From: Lachnospiraceae bacterium
GTDB taxonomy: Bacteria > Bacillota > Clostridia > Lachnospirales > Lachnospiraceae
Direction: 5' to 3'
Length of the DNA: 64,000 nucleotides
Assembly (NCBI GenBank): GCA_024691875.1
Contig: JAILNG010000119.1
Coordinates: 2,100 to 66,099 of the forward strand
Below the pieces are notes generated by a model, which was given only the letters and a program-made list of their open reading frames with translations, had not been told where the DNA came from and did not search any database. Position numbers and translations under genes: made by a program. Below, in pieces: positions 28,588 to 40,010 of the stretch. Each line of letters opens with the position of its first letter. Position 1 is the stretch's first letter.

Positions 28588-29724
28588 TCACAAAAATTCC
28601 TCAAATACGGAATTACTTACATCCAAACCATAATCAGTGAGCCTGACGGTATCATCCTCTTCGGTGATGACTCCCGCCGGCTTTAATTTTTTCAGAACAT
28701 TTCCGTAGATATCATCAAAGCCGGTCTCAAAACGCTTTTCAAATTCCTTTTTGGAAACTCCGCGGACCATTCTGAGTCCCAGGATCATAAATTCCGCCAT
28801 AAGTGCGGCCTTATCCAGCCTCTCTTCTATCACATGTTTCGAAGGATCATTAAAATACTCTTTCAGATCGCGTACATTTGAATATCTGACATTGTTAACC
28901 AGAGACGACGCTCCGAGCCCCAGTCCGAAGTACTCTTTTCCTGTCCAGTAGGACGAATTGTGTTTACTCTGAAACCCCGGTTTCGCGTAATTTGAGATCT
29001 CATACCTCTCGTAGCCTGCTCTTTTCAGCATTTCTTTGGTCAGGGCATACATTTTCCGGTCCGTTTCTTCATCCGGAAGATCTCCTCTTTTCGATCCGCC
29101 CTCTCCGTAATCTTTAAAGAACGGAGTTCCCGGTTCAATTATCAGGCTGTATGACGAAATGTGTTTCGGTTCCAGCCCTATGATCTTTTCCAGATCTCTC
29201 TCATAATCCTTGATACTCTGCCCGGGAAGTGCAGAGATCACATCCAGCGAAAAATTGTCAAAGCCCGATTCTTTGATCGCTTCCACACACTCCACAGCTT
29301 CTTTGAAGTTGTGGATCCTGCCCAAAAGTCTGAGTTTTTCATCATCGGTCGACTGAACTCCGACAGAAAGCCGGTTAATGCCAAGCGCCTTGTATCCCTT
29401 GAGTTTTTGAGGAGTCACCGTTCCGGGATTGACTTCAAATGTAAACTCTTCAGAATTTCTCAGGTCAAAGCAACCCTTAAGTTCTCCTACGATCTCCTCC
29501 ACAAACTCCGGTTCAAGAATCGAAGGGGTTCCGCCGCCGAAATAGATCGTATCCGCCACGTATTCCGATGCGATCTCTTTATAGGATCGTATCTCATTTT
29601 TCAGCGCAGAAACGTACTCCCGGATACACTTGCTGTCTCCGGGAGCCGATAAGAAATCACAATATCTGCATTTTTGCCTGCAAAAGGGGATGTGAACGTA
29701 AATCCCGCAATGTCTCTTTTCCAT
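28588..29724 (-). CDS. hemW: Radical SAM heme chaperone HemW (HemN-like, oxygen-independent coproporphyrinogen oxidase family)
   Basis: CxxxCxxC cluster motif (HIPFCRQKCRYCDF). It sits directly after lepA, as in many Firmicutes. The start is set to M23 (ATG 29724), which avoids overlapping the lepA 3' end. Confidence 0.85.
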   Translation of the reverse strand: MEKRHCGIYVHIPFCRQKCRYCDFLSAPGDSKCIREYVSALKNEIRSYKEIASEYVADTIYFGGGTPSILEPEFVEEIVGELKGCFDLRNSEEFTFEVNPGTVTPQKLKGYKALGINRLSVGVQSTDDEKLRLLGRIHNFKEAVECVEAIKESGFDNFSLDVISALPGQSIKDYERDLEKIIGLEPKHISSYSLIIEPGTPFFKDYGEGGSKRGDLPDEETDRKMYALTKEMLKRAGYERYEISNYAKPGFQSKHNSSYWTGKEYFGLGLGASSLVNNVRYSNVRDLKEYFNDPSKHVIEERLDKAALMAEFMILGLRMVRGVSKKEFEKRFETGFDDIYGNVLKKLKPAGVITEEDDTVRLTDYGLDVSNSVFEEFL

Positions 29725-29734
29725 AACCTTCAGA

Positions 29735-31552
29735 TCAATCGTCGTCGTCAAGTTTAAGAACCGCCATGAAAGCTTTCTGGGGAACTTCAACGTTACCCAC
29801 CTGTCTCATACGTTTCTTACCTTCCTTTTGTTTCTCGAGAAGTTTCTTCTTACGTGAAATGTCACCGCCGTAACACTTTGCAAGTACATCCTTTCTCATT
29901 GCGGACACGGTTTCACGGGCAATGATCTTGCCTCCCACCGCTGCCTGGATCGGAACCTCGAACATGTGTCTCGGTATCTCTTCCTTAAGCTTCTCGCACA
30001 TTTTTCTTCCGCGTTCGTAAGCACCGTCAGCATGGACAATGAATGAAAGTGCATCCACTTCCTCATGGTTGATCAAAATGTCCAGTTTGCAGAGCTTTGA
30101 AGGCACGTAGCCCTTCATTTCGTAGTCCAGCGATGCATATCCTCTGGATCTTGATTTCAGAGCATCAAAGAAATCGTAGATGATCTCGTTTAAAGGCAGT
30201 TCGTACTTGAGAAGGGCTCTGGTCTGTTCCATGTAATCAATGCCCAGATAGATTCCTCTTCTCTCCTGACACAGCTTCATGATCGCTCCCACAAACTCCG
30301 TGGTTACCATGATTTCCGCTGTGACCATGGGTTCTTCCATATGTTCGATCTCGGAAGGATCGGGCATATTGGTAGGGTTCGTTAAATCTATGCATTCGCC
30401 GTTTGTTTTATAGATCTTATAGATTACGCTGGGCGCGGTGGTTACCAGATCCAGCATGTACTCTCTTTCCAGTCTTTCCTGAATGATCTCCAGATGAAGG
30501 AGTCCCAAAAATCCGCACCTGAAACCGAAGCCCAAGGCAACCGAAGTTTCAGGTTCGAATTGAAGAGATGCGTCATTCAGCTGCAATTTTTCCAATGCAT
30601 CACGAAGGTCGGTGTAATGAGCTCCGTCTGCGGGATAGAGTCCGCAGTAAACCATGGGATTGACCTTTTTGTATCCGGGTAAAGCCGCATCACACGGATT
30701 GTCAGCTTCGGTTACAGTGTCGCCCACTCTTGTATCCTTTACATTTTTAAGGGATGCGGTGATGTAGCCTACACAGCCCGCGTAGAGCTCTTCTCCGGGA
30801 ACGAATCGGCCGGGGCCGAAAGTTCCGACTTCCACAACTTCAGCTTCCGCACCTGTTGCCATCATCCTGATCTTCGTACCTTTCTTGACGCTTCCGTCAA
30901 AGATGCGGCAGAAAATGATGACTCCTCTGTAGGAATCGTAAAGCGAGTCAAAGATCAACGCCTTAAGCGGAGCCTCCGCATCTCCCTTGGGAGCGGGTAC
31001 TTTTTTTACAATAGCTTCCAGCACGTCTTCAATGTTCAATCCGTTTTTGGCGGAGATCAAAGGGGCGTCCTGAGCTTCTATGCCTATTACATCTTCTATC
31101 TCATTGATGACTCTTTCGGGCTCTGCCGAAGGAAGGTCGATCTTGTTAATAACCGGGAAGATCTCCAGGTTGTGATCCAGAGCCAGATAAACATTAGCCA
31201 GCGTCTGGGCTTCTATGCCCTGGGCTGCGTCCACCACAAGGATTGCTCCTTCGCAAGCCGCAAGACTTCTTGAAACTTCGTAGTTAAAATCCACATGGCC
31301 GGGGGTGTCGATCAGATTGAAGATGTACTCTTCCCCATCCTTTGCCTTGTAGACTGTTCTGACGGTCTGAGCCTTGATCGTGATTCCTCTCTCTCGCTCC
31401 AGATCCATGTTGTCCAGAACCTGCTCCTGCATCTCACGAGCGGTCAGAAGCCCTGTCTTTTCAATGATCCTGTCTGCCAGGGTGCTCTTACCGTGATCGA
31501 TGTGAGCAATTATACAAAAGTTTCGAAATTTAGATTGGTTGATACGTTGCAT
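29735..31552 (-). CDS. lepA: Elongation factor 4 (LepA)
   Basis: 605 aa with G1 motif [14 protein letters not shown] and the LepA C-terminal domain. Confidence 0.95.
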   Translation of the reverse strand: MQRINQSKFRNFCIIAHIDHGKSTLADRIIEKTGLLTAREMQEQVLDNMDLERERGITIKAQTVRTVYKAKDGEEYIFNLIDTPGHVDFNYEVSRSLAACEGAILVVDAAQGIEAQTLANVYLALDHNLEIFPVINKIDLPSAEPERVINEIEDVIGIEAQDAPLISAKNGLNIEDVLEAIVKKVPAPKGDAEAPLKALIFDSLYDSYRGVIIFCRIFDGSVKKGTKIRMMATGAEAEVVEVGTFGPGRFVPGEELYAGCVGYITASLKNVKDTRVGDTVTEADNPCDAALPGYKKVNPMVYCGLYPADGAHYTDLRDALEKLQLNDASLQFEPETSVALGFGFRCGFLGLLHLEIIQERLEREYMLDLVTTAPSVIYKIYKTNGECIDLTNPTNMPDPSEIEHMEEPMVTAEIMVTTEFVGAIMKLCQERRGIYLGIDYMEQTRALLKYELPLNEIIYDFFDALKSRSRGYASLDYEMKGYVPSKLCKLDILINHEEVDALSFIVHADGAYERGRKMCEKLKEEIPRHMFEVPIQAAVGGKIIARETVSAMRKDVLAKCYGGDISRKKKLLEKQKEGKKRMRQVGNVEVPQKAFMAVLKLDDDD

Positions 31553-31565
31553 ATTTTCTTTTCCT

Positions 31566-34500
31566 TTAACACTCTATTATCAGCTTGACCGTCTTTATCT
31601 CATACGGAAGCATCGAAATGTGTATGCCTTTTTTGTCGGTCTTTAATCTTCCCGTTGTGTACTCAAGCATATCGCATTCGAAAGCGGCAGCCACCTTGAA
31701 AGGTGTGGTAAGGCACTGCTCCGCTCTGGATCCCCAACATTCATACAGTCTCAACATTACGGAAACGTTGTTCCTGCTTTCTCCGGTGTCGTGATTTTCT
31801 ACTCTCACCACCGTCTTTTCTTTGCATTCCGGCAGCTTAACAACCTCCAGTATCACATTTTCGGACAATCCGCCGAAGAATGATCTTATGGGTCTCTCGG
31901 CATTTCCTCCGCAAAGCGTGTAAACCGGATAGTTCAGGAAGTAGCTCTCTTTAACGACTCCGCCTGTTCTGAAATCACCCTTGTGGGGAAAGATCGAATA
32001 GGTGAATTCATGGTGCTCCTTGTCGGCGTTGGGATTGGGGAAAATGCCGGACTTAAGGAGAGTAAGCGCAAGGGTGGACTCGTGAGCCGAGTAACCGTAC
32101 TTGCAATCATTCATAAGTGCGACACCATAGCCGTTTTCGGAAACATCCGCCCATTTATGGGCACAGACTTCAAATTTAGCCTGCTCCCAGGATGTGTTTT
32201 CGTGAGTGGCTCTCTCCACATTACCGTATTGGATGTCGTAGGTCGCCTTGTTGGTGACCACATCAAACGGGAAAAACGCCTTTAAAAGGATCTGTGACTC
32301 GTTCCAGTCAACTTCCGTTTTAAAATCGATCCTTCCCGAATCATTGTAAAATATAATGTATTGTCTGATGAACGATCTGTTGAATCTTTTTTCTGTTTTA
32401 ATGCATGTACGAACAGGTCCGTCTTCTATGATCTTAGCGGAAACAAGATCATGAACGTTCCACTTTTTCTCTGTATAAAACGCATCGATGTTCCACGCAT
32501 CGTATTCCTTGGGAATGTCCTCAAAGCATATGAGTTCGTTACCGATACCGCCTTCTTTAAACACTTCTCTTTCGTTCTCTTTGTCATAAAGGGAAGTGAT
32601 CTCCATGAATTCATTGAATTCCACGGTATAAAGAGGTGTTTCGTAGATGCATTGCTTCTTATCTTCCGTAAGAAGATTGATCTCCTTAAAACTGCTTTTC
32701 CCTTCGTCCGGACGGGTCGTAAAGCTTCTGTAGCCCTTTGAAGGCAGTCCTTTGGCTTTCCATACCGTCTTTCCGTCTTCGGTGTACTGCTGCTGTACGG
32801 CTTCTCCGGTAACCGCATCAAAAACAGCAATCCTTCCTTCGGTGACAACAGTCTCGTTTCTCTCAAAAGAGGTGTTGTTAAAGATCGTAAGCATGTCGCA
32901 ATTATCAACATTACTGCCGGGATCGTCGGAGGCTCTGACGATCTTTGAAAGCGCATTTCCGATAAGTTCTTCCTCTATTCCCCAGGCTTCTTTGTACTGA
33001 GCAAGGGAATCGATGTAAACATCCTCAATGGAGGATCCCGGAAGAATATCGTGAAATTGATTTAAAAGAATGATCTTCCAGCTCTTCTTTAATTCCTCAA
33101 AGGGATAAGCATCAGTTAATCCCATCAGAAAAGCCAAAGTTGAAAAAGTCTCCGCGTCCTGATTTCTGATCTCGCATTTACGGTTGAATTTCTTGTTTCT
33201 TGCCATCGAAGTGTAAGTACCGCGATGGAATTCCAGATAGAGTTCCCCGTTCCATTTGGGAATTTTCTTGCCTTTAAGGCGCTTTTCCAGGCCTTCAAAA
33301 AATTCGAGAGCGTGAGAATGTCTTACGGAAGGACAGCCGGGAAGCTTGTAAGACAGTCTTCTTCCTTCTTCAAGCATCTGAACGGTCGCTCCGCCTCCGC
33401 CGTCTCCGAAGCCGAAACAGCTCAAAACATTGTCGTTAATATCTTTATTCTGGTACCTTTGCCAGCATCCCATGACCTGATTCGCATTGAGTCTTCCGTT
33501 GTAAGTGGTTTCGGAGGTTTTCTTGCGGTTCAGTTCGGGATAGGTGATGAAATCCTTGGTTGTAATAAAATAAGTGAGGATCTCTGTTCCGTCAATACCT
33601 TTCCACATAAAAGTATCATTGGGGATCTGATTGTATTCGTTCCAGCCGATCTTTGTGGTCATAAAATAATCGATGCGGCTCTTTTTAAGGATCTGGGGCA
33701 TTGCAGCACTGTATCCGAAAACATCCGGAAGCCACAATACTCTGTTTTCCGTAATACCGAATTCATCCTTAAAGAAGCTTTTTCCGTAAAGGATCTGCCT
33801 GATGAGGGATTCTCCGGAAGCAAGATTACAATCGGCTTCAAGCCACATTGCACCTTCTGTTTCCCATCTTCCTTCGTTGATCCTTTCCTTGATCCTTTCG
33901 TATGTCTCAGGACTCTCTTCCTTAACGAATTCGTAAAGCTGAGGCTGACTGGACATAAACTTGTATTCGGGATACAGGGCCATTTCGTAAAGCACTGTCG
34001 AGAAGCTTCTTAAAGCCTTCTCTCTTGTCTGCCTCAAAGGCCATTTCCATGCAACATCTATGTGCGTGTGACCCACGGCAGAAACAATGACGGAAGAAAT
34101 GGGATCTCTTTCGATCTTACTGTATTTTTCAGAATAGATGTATTTTTTAATGTAATCGTCGCAGGCTCTGACCGATCTGTGGAAGGTTGCGGAACCTCTG
34201 TCTCTGAGATCCAAAACAGAGGCGGCATCATTCAACACATCAAGATACTCCCTTTGAAGCTTATCCGTGTCGCGTAACAAACATGCTATCTCGTAGGGCA
34301 CCTTAAAATCGTAGTACAGTTCCTCCACATCCTCTTCCACAATGGCAGTGGAAAGGATCAGGAAATCACTTGCGGCTTCTCCGTTAGAGTAGGCATATAG
34401 TCCGTATTCATACACTTCTCCGGGTATGGCATCGGAGCATAGTATCACTTCATTATGATTCATGTCGTGCCCGCAGATCAGTTTGCCGTTTATATAAACC

Positions 34501-34805
34501 AAAAACTGCGGATTGTCTGTGTTCCAAATGTCTGTAGCCCCTGTGCTGAGAGAGACGGTAACCTTTTTACCCGCGTACTCGGCAGGTATCTCGATCTTGG
34601 CCTTAAATGCGGCGTGAGTCTCATGACCACCCCATGTGTCGCTTCTTCCGAATTCGGTCCATTCACCCTTTTCATCAAAGCAGTTTTCCCTCTCCCCGTA
34701 CCCGATATCACGTTTCATCACGTGTTCTATCGGCCGCCTGCAACTTCTCCTCTCGGAATCCAGGATGTTTAATATTCCCTTTAAACGGTCCTTGTAGTAA
34801 TCCAT
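31566..34805 (-). CDS. Glycoside hydrolase family 38 alpha-mannosidase, cytoplasmic
   Basis: 1079 aa with no signal peptide. The GH38 N-terminal catalytic signature is [12 protein letters not shown], with QFHD nearby. The ATG overlaps the stop of the upstream GGDEF gene (TAATG). Confidence 0.85.
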   Translation of the reverse strand: MDYYKDRLKGILNILDSERRSCRRPIEHVMKRDIGYGERENCFDEKGEWTEFGRSDTWGGHETHAAFKAKIEIPAEYAGKKVTVSLSTGATDIWNTDNPQFLVYINGKLICGHDMNHNEVILCSDAIPGEVYEYGLYAYSNGEAASDFLILSTAIVEEDVEELYYDFKVPYEIACLLRDTDKLQREYLDVLNDAASVLDLRDRGSATFHRSVRACDDYIKKYIYSEKYSKIERDPISSVIVSAVGHTHIDVAWKWPLRQTREKALRSFSTVLYEMALYPEYKFMSSQPQLYEFVKEESPETYERIKERINEGRWETEGAMWLEADCNLASGESLIRQILYGKSFFKDEFGITENRVLWLPDVFGYSAAMPQILKKSRIDYFMTTKIGWNEYNQIPNDTFMWKGIDGTEILTYFITTKDFITYPELNRKKTSETTYNGRLNANQVMGCWQRYQNKDINDNVLSCFGFGDGGGGATVQMLEEGRRLSYKLPGCPSVRHSHALEFFEGLEKRLKGKKIPKWNGELYLEFHRGTYTSMARNKKFNRKCEIRNQDAETFSTLAFLMGLTDAYPFEELKKSWKIILLNQFHDILPGSSIEDVYIDSLAQYKEAWGIEEELIGNALSKIVRASDDPGSNVDNCDMLTIFNNTSFERNETVVTEGRIAVFDAVTGEAVQQQYTEDGKTVWKAKGLPSKGYRSFTTRPDEGKSSFKEINLLTEDKKQCIYETPLYTVEFNEFMEITSLYDKENEREVFKEGGIGNELICFEDIPKEYDAWNIDAFYTEKKWNVHDLVSAKIIEDGPVRTCIKTEKRFNRSFIRQYIIFYNDSGRIDFKTEVDWNESQILLKAFFPFDVVTNKATYDIQYGNVERATHENTSWEQAKFEVCAHKWADVSENGYGVALMNDCKYGYSAHESTLALTLLKSGIFPNPNADKEHHEFTYSIFPHKGDFRTGGVVKESYFLNYPVYTLCGGNAERPIRSFFGGLSENVILEVVKLPECKEKTVVRVENHDTGESRNNVSVMLRLYECWGSRAEQCLTTPFKVAAAFECDMLEYTTGRLKTDKKGIHISMLPYEIKTVKLIIEC

Positions 34806-36481
34806 TATGACAGCTTTCCTTTCGCGTCCGCTTTCATCCGAATCTTATTTTCGTACATTCTTTGATCCGCCGTACGATAAGCGGAACGAACATTCTTTTT
34901 ATTGTCAAGCCTTGTGCAGACACCCCTGGCCGCACTCAGCTTGTATTCTCTCTTTTTCTTGTTTGTTTCCAGAATCTTTGTGTCAAGCACTTCAAGAAGC
35001 TGATCAAGATTCAGGACATCCGCATGGCGGATGATGACAACAAATTCGTCACCGCCGGTTCTTCCGACGGTAGCAACACTGTCAAACACGCTTTTTAAGA
35101 TATTGGCAAAATCTTTAAGCAGTTTATCACCTGCGGCGTGACCGTGTTTGTCGTTTACTTCTTTCAAATTGTTCAGGTCAAAGGCAATAACAGCGTAATC
35201 ACTGTCCTCCGCATCGATCTCATCAAATACAAGCTCGCACTGACGTCTGTTTGCAAGTCCGGTAAGGAAATCACTGTTTGCCATCTGCTCATAAACCGCC
35301 ACTTCACCGGCCTGTCGAACAGTTTTTGACATTTCTTCCGCAAAGTCCATAACCATGGAGATCACGAGTATCCCCGCGCCTGTATAGGAAATCCCGTCAA
35401 AGTTCCCTTTTACATTTTTTGAATAAGTGAGCACCGTAAAGTAGATAATGTCCGCCACTCCACACAAGCTGAGGGCAAGGATACCGATGTAAAAGGCCAT
35501 GTCCTTTTTTTCTTTTTTGATAACGCTGTTCACGAAATTCGCAAACATGTAAGTGATCATCACAAGTATCGTCGCATGATGCAATGTGAGCAGCTGCGTC
35601 AAATGAACGAAGTTGAACGCATGAAGCAAAAAAGTCAGAATGATCAGGAAAATGTCCCAGCCAAAGATTGAACGATAGATCAGCCTTCCGGTGTTTGAAA
35701 CCTTATCCTTGATCTTTGCCCAGAAGTAGGCAAAGATAAAAACAGGCGCAAGATACAGCGAACCGTATTCCGATACCGTCTTCATTTTGTAATTATTGTT
35801 AATGAGCAAAACTATATCATGATCGCAGAACGCCCAAAGTCCGATAAAAAAGCTGAATAAACCGATGTAAAGCATCTGTCTGAAAGCCTTGTTTCCCGTA
35901 ACATAAACTACGGAAATTCCGATCATGCTGATTCCGACTATCATGTCGGTCAATGCCATGGCTGCGGGGAAAACGTTCTTTCTGATGAGATAAAGTCCGG
36001 CTTCGCCCTGTTCCATGATGATCATGGGGATCAACGTACCGATACCGTTGTTCTCTCCGGCTTTATAGACTATTTTGATCTCTTTTCCTTCATAATCTGT
36101 GGGGAGATTGACTATATGCATGCCATATCCGACTATTTTTCCGTTCTCATAGTCTTTTTTGCCGGTAACGTAGATGAGCACATTATCCACATAGATGTCC
36201 ATCTCCGCCAGGTAATTATTGATCAGTATCGACGCACAGGGGATCTTGCAGTCAGGCAAAGTGTTTGTGAGCGTAAGAATGTCTCCCTTAAGGATGTTGG
36301 CGGCCTTGTATTCACTCAAATTTACATTGTTCAGTACTTCGCCTTTAAGATCAACTGTCCAGTTTTCTGAAACTTCCCTTTGTACGGGTGGCTTTACATT
36401 TCCGATCAGACCGACGTAAAAAAAGCCGTAAGCCGTGATCATAACAAAAGCCATTGCAATTGTAAGTCTAAGTGCTTTCAT
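34805..36481 (-). CDS. Membrane sensor diguanylate cyclase (7TMR-DISM-like extracytoplasmic domain, multi-TM region, GGDEF)
   Basis: 558 aa. It has an N-terminal signal/TM, a roughly 150-aa periplasmic-type domain and then about 7 TM helices. The intact active site is RTGGDEFVVI. No RxxD I-site lies upstream of it. Confidence 0.85.
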   Translation of the reverse strand: MKALRLTIAMAFVMITAYGFFYVGLIGNVKPPVQREVSENWTVDLKGEVLNNVNLSEYKAANILKGDILTLTNTLPDCKIPCASILINNYLAEMDIYVDNVLIYVTGKKDYENGKIVGYGMHIVNLPTDYEGKEIKIVYKAGENNGIGTLIPMIIMEQGEAGLYLIRKNVFPAAMALTDMIVGISMIGISVVYVTGNKAFRQMLYIGLFSFFIGLWAFCDHDIVLLINNNYKMKTVSEYGSLYLAPVFIFAYFWAKIKDKVSNTGRLIYRSIFGWDIFLIILTFLLHAFNFVHLTQLLTLHHATILVMITYMFANFVNSVIKKEKKDMAFYIGILALSLCGVADIIYFTVLTYSKNVKGNFDGISYTGAGILVISMVMDFAEEMSKTVRQAGEVAVYEQMANSDFLTGLANRRQCELVFDEIDAEDSDYAVIAFDLNNLKEVNDKHGHAAGDKLLKDFANILKSVFDSVATVGRTGGDEFVVIIRHADVLNLDQLLEVLDTKILETNKKKREYKLSAARGVCTRLDNKKNVRSAYRTADQRMYENKIRMKADAKGKLS

Positions 36482-36593
36482 ATGCTCTCCGCTTCTTCCC
36501 CTGAAACAGTAACAAAGTATAGATTTCCACCATACATACAGAATTCATTTTACTATTTTTTGAGAGATTATACAATCGAAAATAAAAAATTTC

Positions 36594-36625
36594 GAACAAA
36601 AAAGAGGCAGCCTGAACCGCCTCTT
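36594..36625 (-). terminator. Terminator after the GntR gene (end of the synthase-dehydrogenase-GntR operon)
   Basis: On the minus strand, a GAGGCGG...CTGCCTC stem is followed by TTTTTTG. Confidence 0.6.
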
Positions 36626-36629
36626 TTAT

Positions 36630-37331
36630 CTACAAGCCCTGCTTGTTTAAATTTGCAATTGTGGAGATAATGTGCTCATGAGCAAGCTTTTCAGCCAGTT
36701 CTCCGTTTCTGCTCTTAATGGCTTCCAGGATCGCCGCATGTTCCTCATTGGATTTTTTGGCTCTCTCCTCTCTTCCGAGCGAGATCTTTCTGATCCTTTC
36801 CACATAATGATGGTAAGTTGAAAGCTGATGCTCCAGGATCTTGCTTCCGGAAGCCTTGTAAATGGTCTCATGAAACTGACTGTCCAGTTCCACGATGGTT
36901 TCGTAATGCTTTTTCCCGATATGGAAGTTGGATATGTAAACATTTTCTTCCAACGCCTCTATCTCTTCATCCGTAATCCTTTCGCAGGCCCACCTTGCAG
37001 CAAGTCCTTCAAGATAGGAACGGATAACGTAGATGTCATGGATGTCCTTTTGAGAAATACCATGCACGTAGGCGCCCTTATTGGGAATAATGTTAACGAG
37101 CCCCTCCAGTTCGAGCTGCCTTAAAGCCTCTCTTACCGGCGTTCTGCTTACACCGAGTTCATTTCCGATGGAAACTTCCTTAAGTTCCTCATTCTCGGCA
37201 TATTTTCCCGAAAGAATGTCCTCTCTGATACGATTAAAGACCCTGCCTCTGAGAGAATATTTGTCGGTGACCTCCTTGGAGACCTCTTCCGCCTCATTCT
37301 TGCCCGTTAAATCGTTCTTTGTTTCACTCAT
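36630..37331 (-). CDS. GntR-family transcriptional regulator (FadR/FCD subfamily)
   Basis: Winged HTH ELGVSRTPVREALRQLELEGLV plus an FCD-like helical C-terminal domain. I prefer ATG 37331 with an AAGGTGA RBS that overlaps the upstream stop. Confidence 0.85.
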   Translation of the reverse strand: MSETKNDLTGKNEAEEVSKEVTDKYSLRGRVFNRIREDILSGKYAENEELKEVSIGNELGVSRTPVREALRQLELEGLVNIIPNKGAYVHGISQKDIHDIYVIRSYLEGLAARWACERITDEEIEALEENVYISNFHIGKKHYETIVELDSQFHETIYKASGSKILEHQLSTYHHYVERIRKISLGREERAKKSNEEHAAILEAIKSRNGELAEKLAHEHIISTIANLNKQGL

Positions 37332-37335
37332 TTCA

Positions 37336-38541
37336 TCACCTTTTAAGTTTTTCAATGGTTTCCATTATATAATCGGCGAATTCTTCTCCCGTAACTCCTG
37401 TGTCACGTCCTGTGATCACAAGTTTTTTCTCTGTAACCGTACAGATATCAAGAGCCTTGTAAAGAAGGTCCACTTCCGTCTTACGACCGATGTGCGCAAG
37501 AAGCATGGCAGCAGCACGGATGACGCTGCAGGGATCTGCGTACTTTTCTCTTCCTTCGTTCACCATTCTCGGAGCTGAACCGTGAATAGCTTCGAACATA
37601 GCATATTTCTTACCGATATTTGCGGAACCTGCGGTTCCTACGCCACCCTGGAACTCGGCAGCTTCATCGGTGATAATGTCACCGTAAAGGTTGGGCAGAA
37701 CAACGACCTGGAAATCACGACGTCTGTTTTCATCAATGAGCTTGGCTGTCATGATGTCGATGTACCAGTCATCAGCTGTGATGTCGGGATACTCCTTTGC
37801 GATCTCTCTGAAAGTATCAAGGAACTTACCGTCGGTCGTCTTAATGATGTTTGCCTTTGTAACCGCTGTAACTCTTGTCTTTCCGTTCGCCTTGGCAAAT
37901 TCAAAGGCAGCGCGGATGATCCTTTCGCAGCCCTGAGAAGTAACAACAGTAAAATCAACGCCCAGATCTTCCGTTACATGAACACCCTTGCTGCCTACCG
38001 CGTAAGCGCCTTCGGTGTTCTCTCTGTAGAAGGTCCAGTCAATACCCTGCTCGGGGATCCTTACGGGACGTACATTTGCAAAAAGGTCGAGAGCCTTTCT
38101 CATGGCAACGTTTGCACTTTCAACATTGGGCCAGGGATCTCCCTTTCTGGGTGTAGTTGTGGGTCCCTTTAAAATAACATCGCACTTTTTAAGTTCTTCA
38201 AGCACGTCTGCGGGAATTGCAGCATTTTCGGCAACTCTTCTTTCGATGGTGAGTCCGTCGATGTTCTTTAAAACGATCTTTCCGGAAGCGATCTCGTCCT
38301 TCAAAAGGAATTCCATAATTCTGCTTGCCTGCTTTGTGATCGCGGGTCCGATACCGTCACCGCCGCATACTCCGATAACGATCTTGTCAAGCTTTGCGTA
38401 ATCTACAAAGTCGCCCTGACTTTTCATGTCTTCAACTCTCTTGAGCTGGCTCATGAGAAGTTCGCCGAACTTGGCTTTTGCTGCTTCAATCTGTGCTGTA
38501 TAATCCATACGTTTCTCCTGTTCTGTATTTGATTCTGCCAT
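37336..38541 (-). CDS. Isocitrate/isopropylmalate dehydrogenase family enzyme, probably isocitrate dehydrogenase
   Basis: Family motifs GDGIGPAI, NLYGDIITDEAA and GSAP. ATG 38541 overlaps the stop of the upstream synthase (TAATG). Substrate is inferred from context. Confidence 0.75.
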   Translation of the reverse strand: MAESNTEQEKRMDYTAQIEAAKAKFGELLMSQLKRVEDMKSQGDFVDYAKLDKIVIGVCGGDGIGPAITKQASRIMEFLLKDEIASGKIVLKNIDGLTIERRVAENAAIPADVLEELKKCDVILKGPTTTPRKGDPWPNVESANVAMRKALDLFANVRPVRIPEQGIDWTFYRENTEGAYAVGSKGVHVTEDLGVDFTVVTSQGCERIIRAAFEFAKANGKTRVTAVTKANIIKTTDGKFLDTFREIAKEYPDITADDWYIDIMTAKLIDENRRRDFQVVVLPNLYGDIITDEAAEFQGGVGTAGSANIGKKYAMFEAIHGSAPRMVNEGREKYADPCSVIRAAAMLLAHIGRKTEVDLLYKALDICTVTEKKLVITGRDTGVTGEEFADYIMETIEKLKR

Positions 38542-39956
38542 TAAATTACCTTGGGAAGATCTGCGCCGCATTCGGGCCTGTACTTTTCGATCAAACCAAG
38601 CAATTCCTTATCGGTGATCACAGTAATTCTACCATTATCAAACTCATTGTCAACCCATTCTTTGATCTTTACTACCATAGGATGATTCTTGGAAATCTGC
38701 TCATCTCCCTTAAGTTTAAAGTATGCATTGAGCCAACAAGCTATGCCCGCAAGTCCCGAAGTGTTCGAAACAGAAACGAGTGCGGGACGATTAAGGAACT
38801 TTTCCGTATCAAAAATGTTGTAGATCTCTTCGTTTTTAAGAAGGCCGTCGGCGTGTATGCCCGCACGGGTAACGTTAAAGTTCTTACCCACAAAAGGAGT
38901 TCTGGGCGGGATCTCATAGTCGAGTTCCTTCTGATAGTACTCGGCCAGTTCTGTGATGACAGTTGTGTCCATTCCATCCAAAGTGCCTTTGAGCTGGGCA
39001 TATTCAAAAACCATAGCCTCAAGAGGAGTGTTTCCTGTTCTCTCTCCGATACCGAAAAGCGAGCAGTTTACACCACTTGCGCCATAGAGCCATGCAGTGG
39101 TCGAGTTTGTGACAGCCTTGTAAAAATCATTGTGTCCGTGCCACTCCAAAAGTTCCGAAGGAACTCCTCCGTGTGTCATGAGGCCGTAGATGATGCCCTG
39201 CACGGAACGGGGGATCACAGCACCTGAGAAGTTTACACCGTAGCCCATGGTGTCGCAGGCACGGATCTTAACCGGAAGATTGTACTCCGCTCCCAGCTTC
39301 ATAAGTTCAAAGCAGAAAGGAATAACAAAGCCGTAAATGTCGGAACGCGTGATATCTTCAAGATGGCAACGGGCTGCTATGCCTGTTTCAAGGCACTCAC
39401 GAACAATGTTCAGATAGTGCTCCATGGCCTGGGCACGCGTCATCTTCATTTTATAGAAAATGTGATAATCTGAGCAGGAAACAAGGATTCCCGTCTCTCT
39501 CACACCGAGATCGCGGACCAGTTCAAAATCCTTTTTGTTTGCTCTGATCCATGTGGTGCATTCGGGAAATTTGTATCCTCTTTCCATACACTTATATAAT
39601 GCATCTCTGTCTTTTTTGCTGTATACAAAGAACTCACTCTGACGAATGAGACCGTTGGGTCCTCCCAGCTTGTGCAGATAATCGTAGATCGTTACGATCT
39701 GTTCCGTTGTATAGGGTGCTCTGGACTGCTGACCGTCTCTGAAGGTAGTGTCGGTGATCCAGATCTCATCCGGAAAACAATGAGGAACTATTCTGTCATT
39801 AAATGCGATCTTCGGAATCTCATCATAAGGAAAAAGATTTCTGAATACATTGGGTTTTACAACGTCAACCAGCTCGTACATATGTTCTTCCAGCATCAGA
39901 AGGTTATTGTGCGGGTTAACTTGTACTTTACGGTTTTTCATTACATCTTCAAGCAT
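38541..39956 (-). CDS. Homocitrate/isopropylmalate-synthase-family enzyme, candidate Re-face citrate synthase
   Basis: 471 aa DRE-TIM/HMGL-like protein with WITDTTFRDGQQS and HGHND. It lacks a LeuA regulatory domain and is coupled to a dehydrogenase of the IDH family. GAGGAG RBS. Confidence 0.65.
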   Translation of the reverse strand: MLEDVMKNRKVQVNPHNNLLMLEEHMYELVDVVKPNVFRNLFPYDEIPKIAFNDRIVPHCFPDEIWITDTTFRDGQQSRAPYTTEQIVTIYDYLHKLGGPNGLIRQSEFFVYSKKDRDALYKCMERGYKFPECTTWIRANKKDFELVRDLGVRETGILVSCSDYHIFYKMKMTRAQAMEHYLNIVRECLETGIAARCHLEDITRSDIYGFVIPFCFELMKLGAEYNLPVKIRACDTMGYGVNFSGAVIPRSVQGIIYGLMTHGGVPSELLEWHGHNDFYKAVTNSTTAWLYGASGVNCSLFGIGERTGNTPLEAMVFEYAQLKGTLDGMDTTVITELAEYYQKELDYEIPPRTPFVGKNFNVTRAGIHADGLLKNEEIYNIFDTEKFLNRPALVSVSNTSGLAGIACWLNAYFKLKGDEQISKNHPMVVKIKEWVDNEFDNGRITVITDKELLGLIEKYRPECGADLPKVI

Positions 39957-39998
39957 GGTCTTACTCCTCTTTTACAATGCACTGTGATAATGTGCATT

Positions 39999-40010
39999 AT
40001 TGTATACAAT
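39999..40010. promoter_or_regulatory. Perfect 12-bp palindrome ATTGTATACAAT, candidate GntR-family operator overlapping the -10
   Basis: The sequence matches the generic GntR/FadR half-site pattern (t.GT...AC.a). A second inverted repeat, AATGCAC-n9-GTGCATT, lies at 39976-39998. Confidence 0.5.

Noticed and set aside
28398-29724. A radical SAM gene next to a 58-aa Cys-containing ORF. This could suggest a RiPP precursor and maturase pair.
   Set aside because: The two genes are convergent, not co-transcribed. The radical SAM protein has HemW/HemN-like features and sits in the conserved lepA-hemW arrangement. The small protein is highly acidic with a four-Cys pattern, more like a zinc-binding protein than a leader-core peptide.
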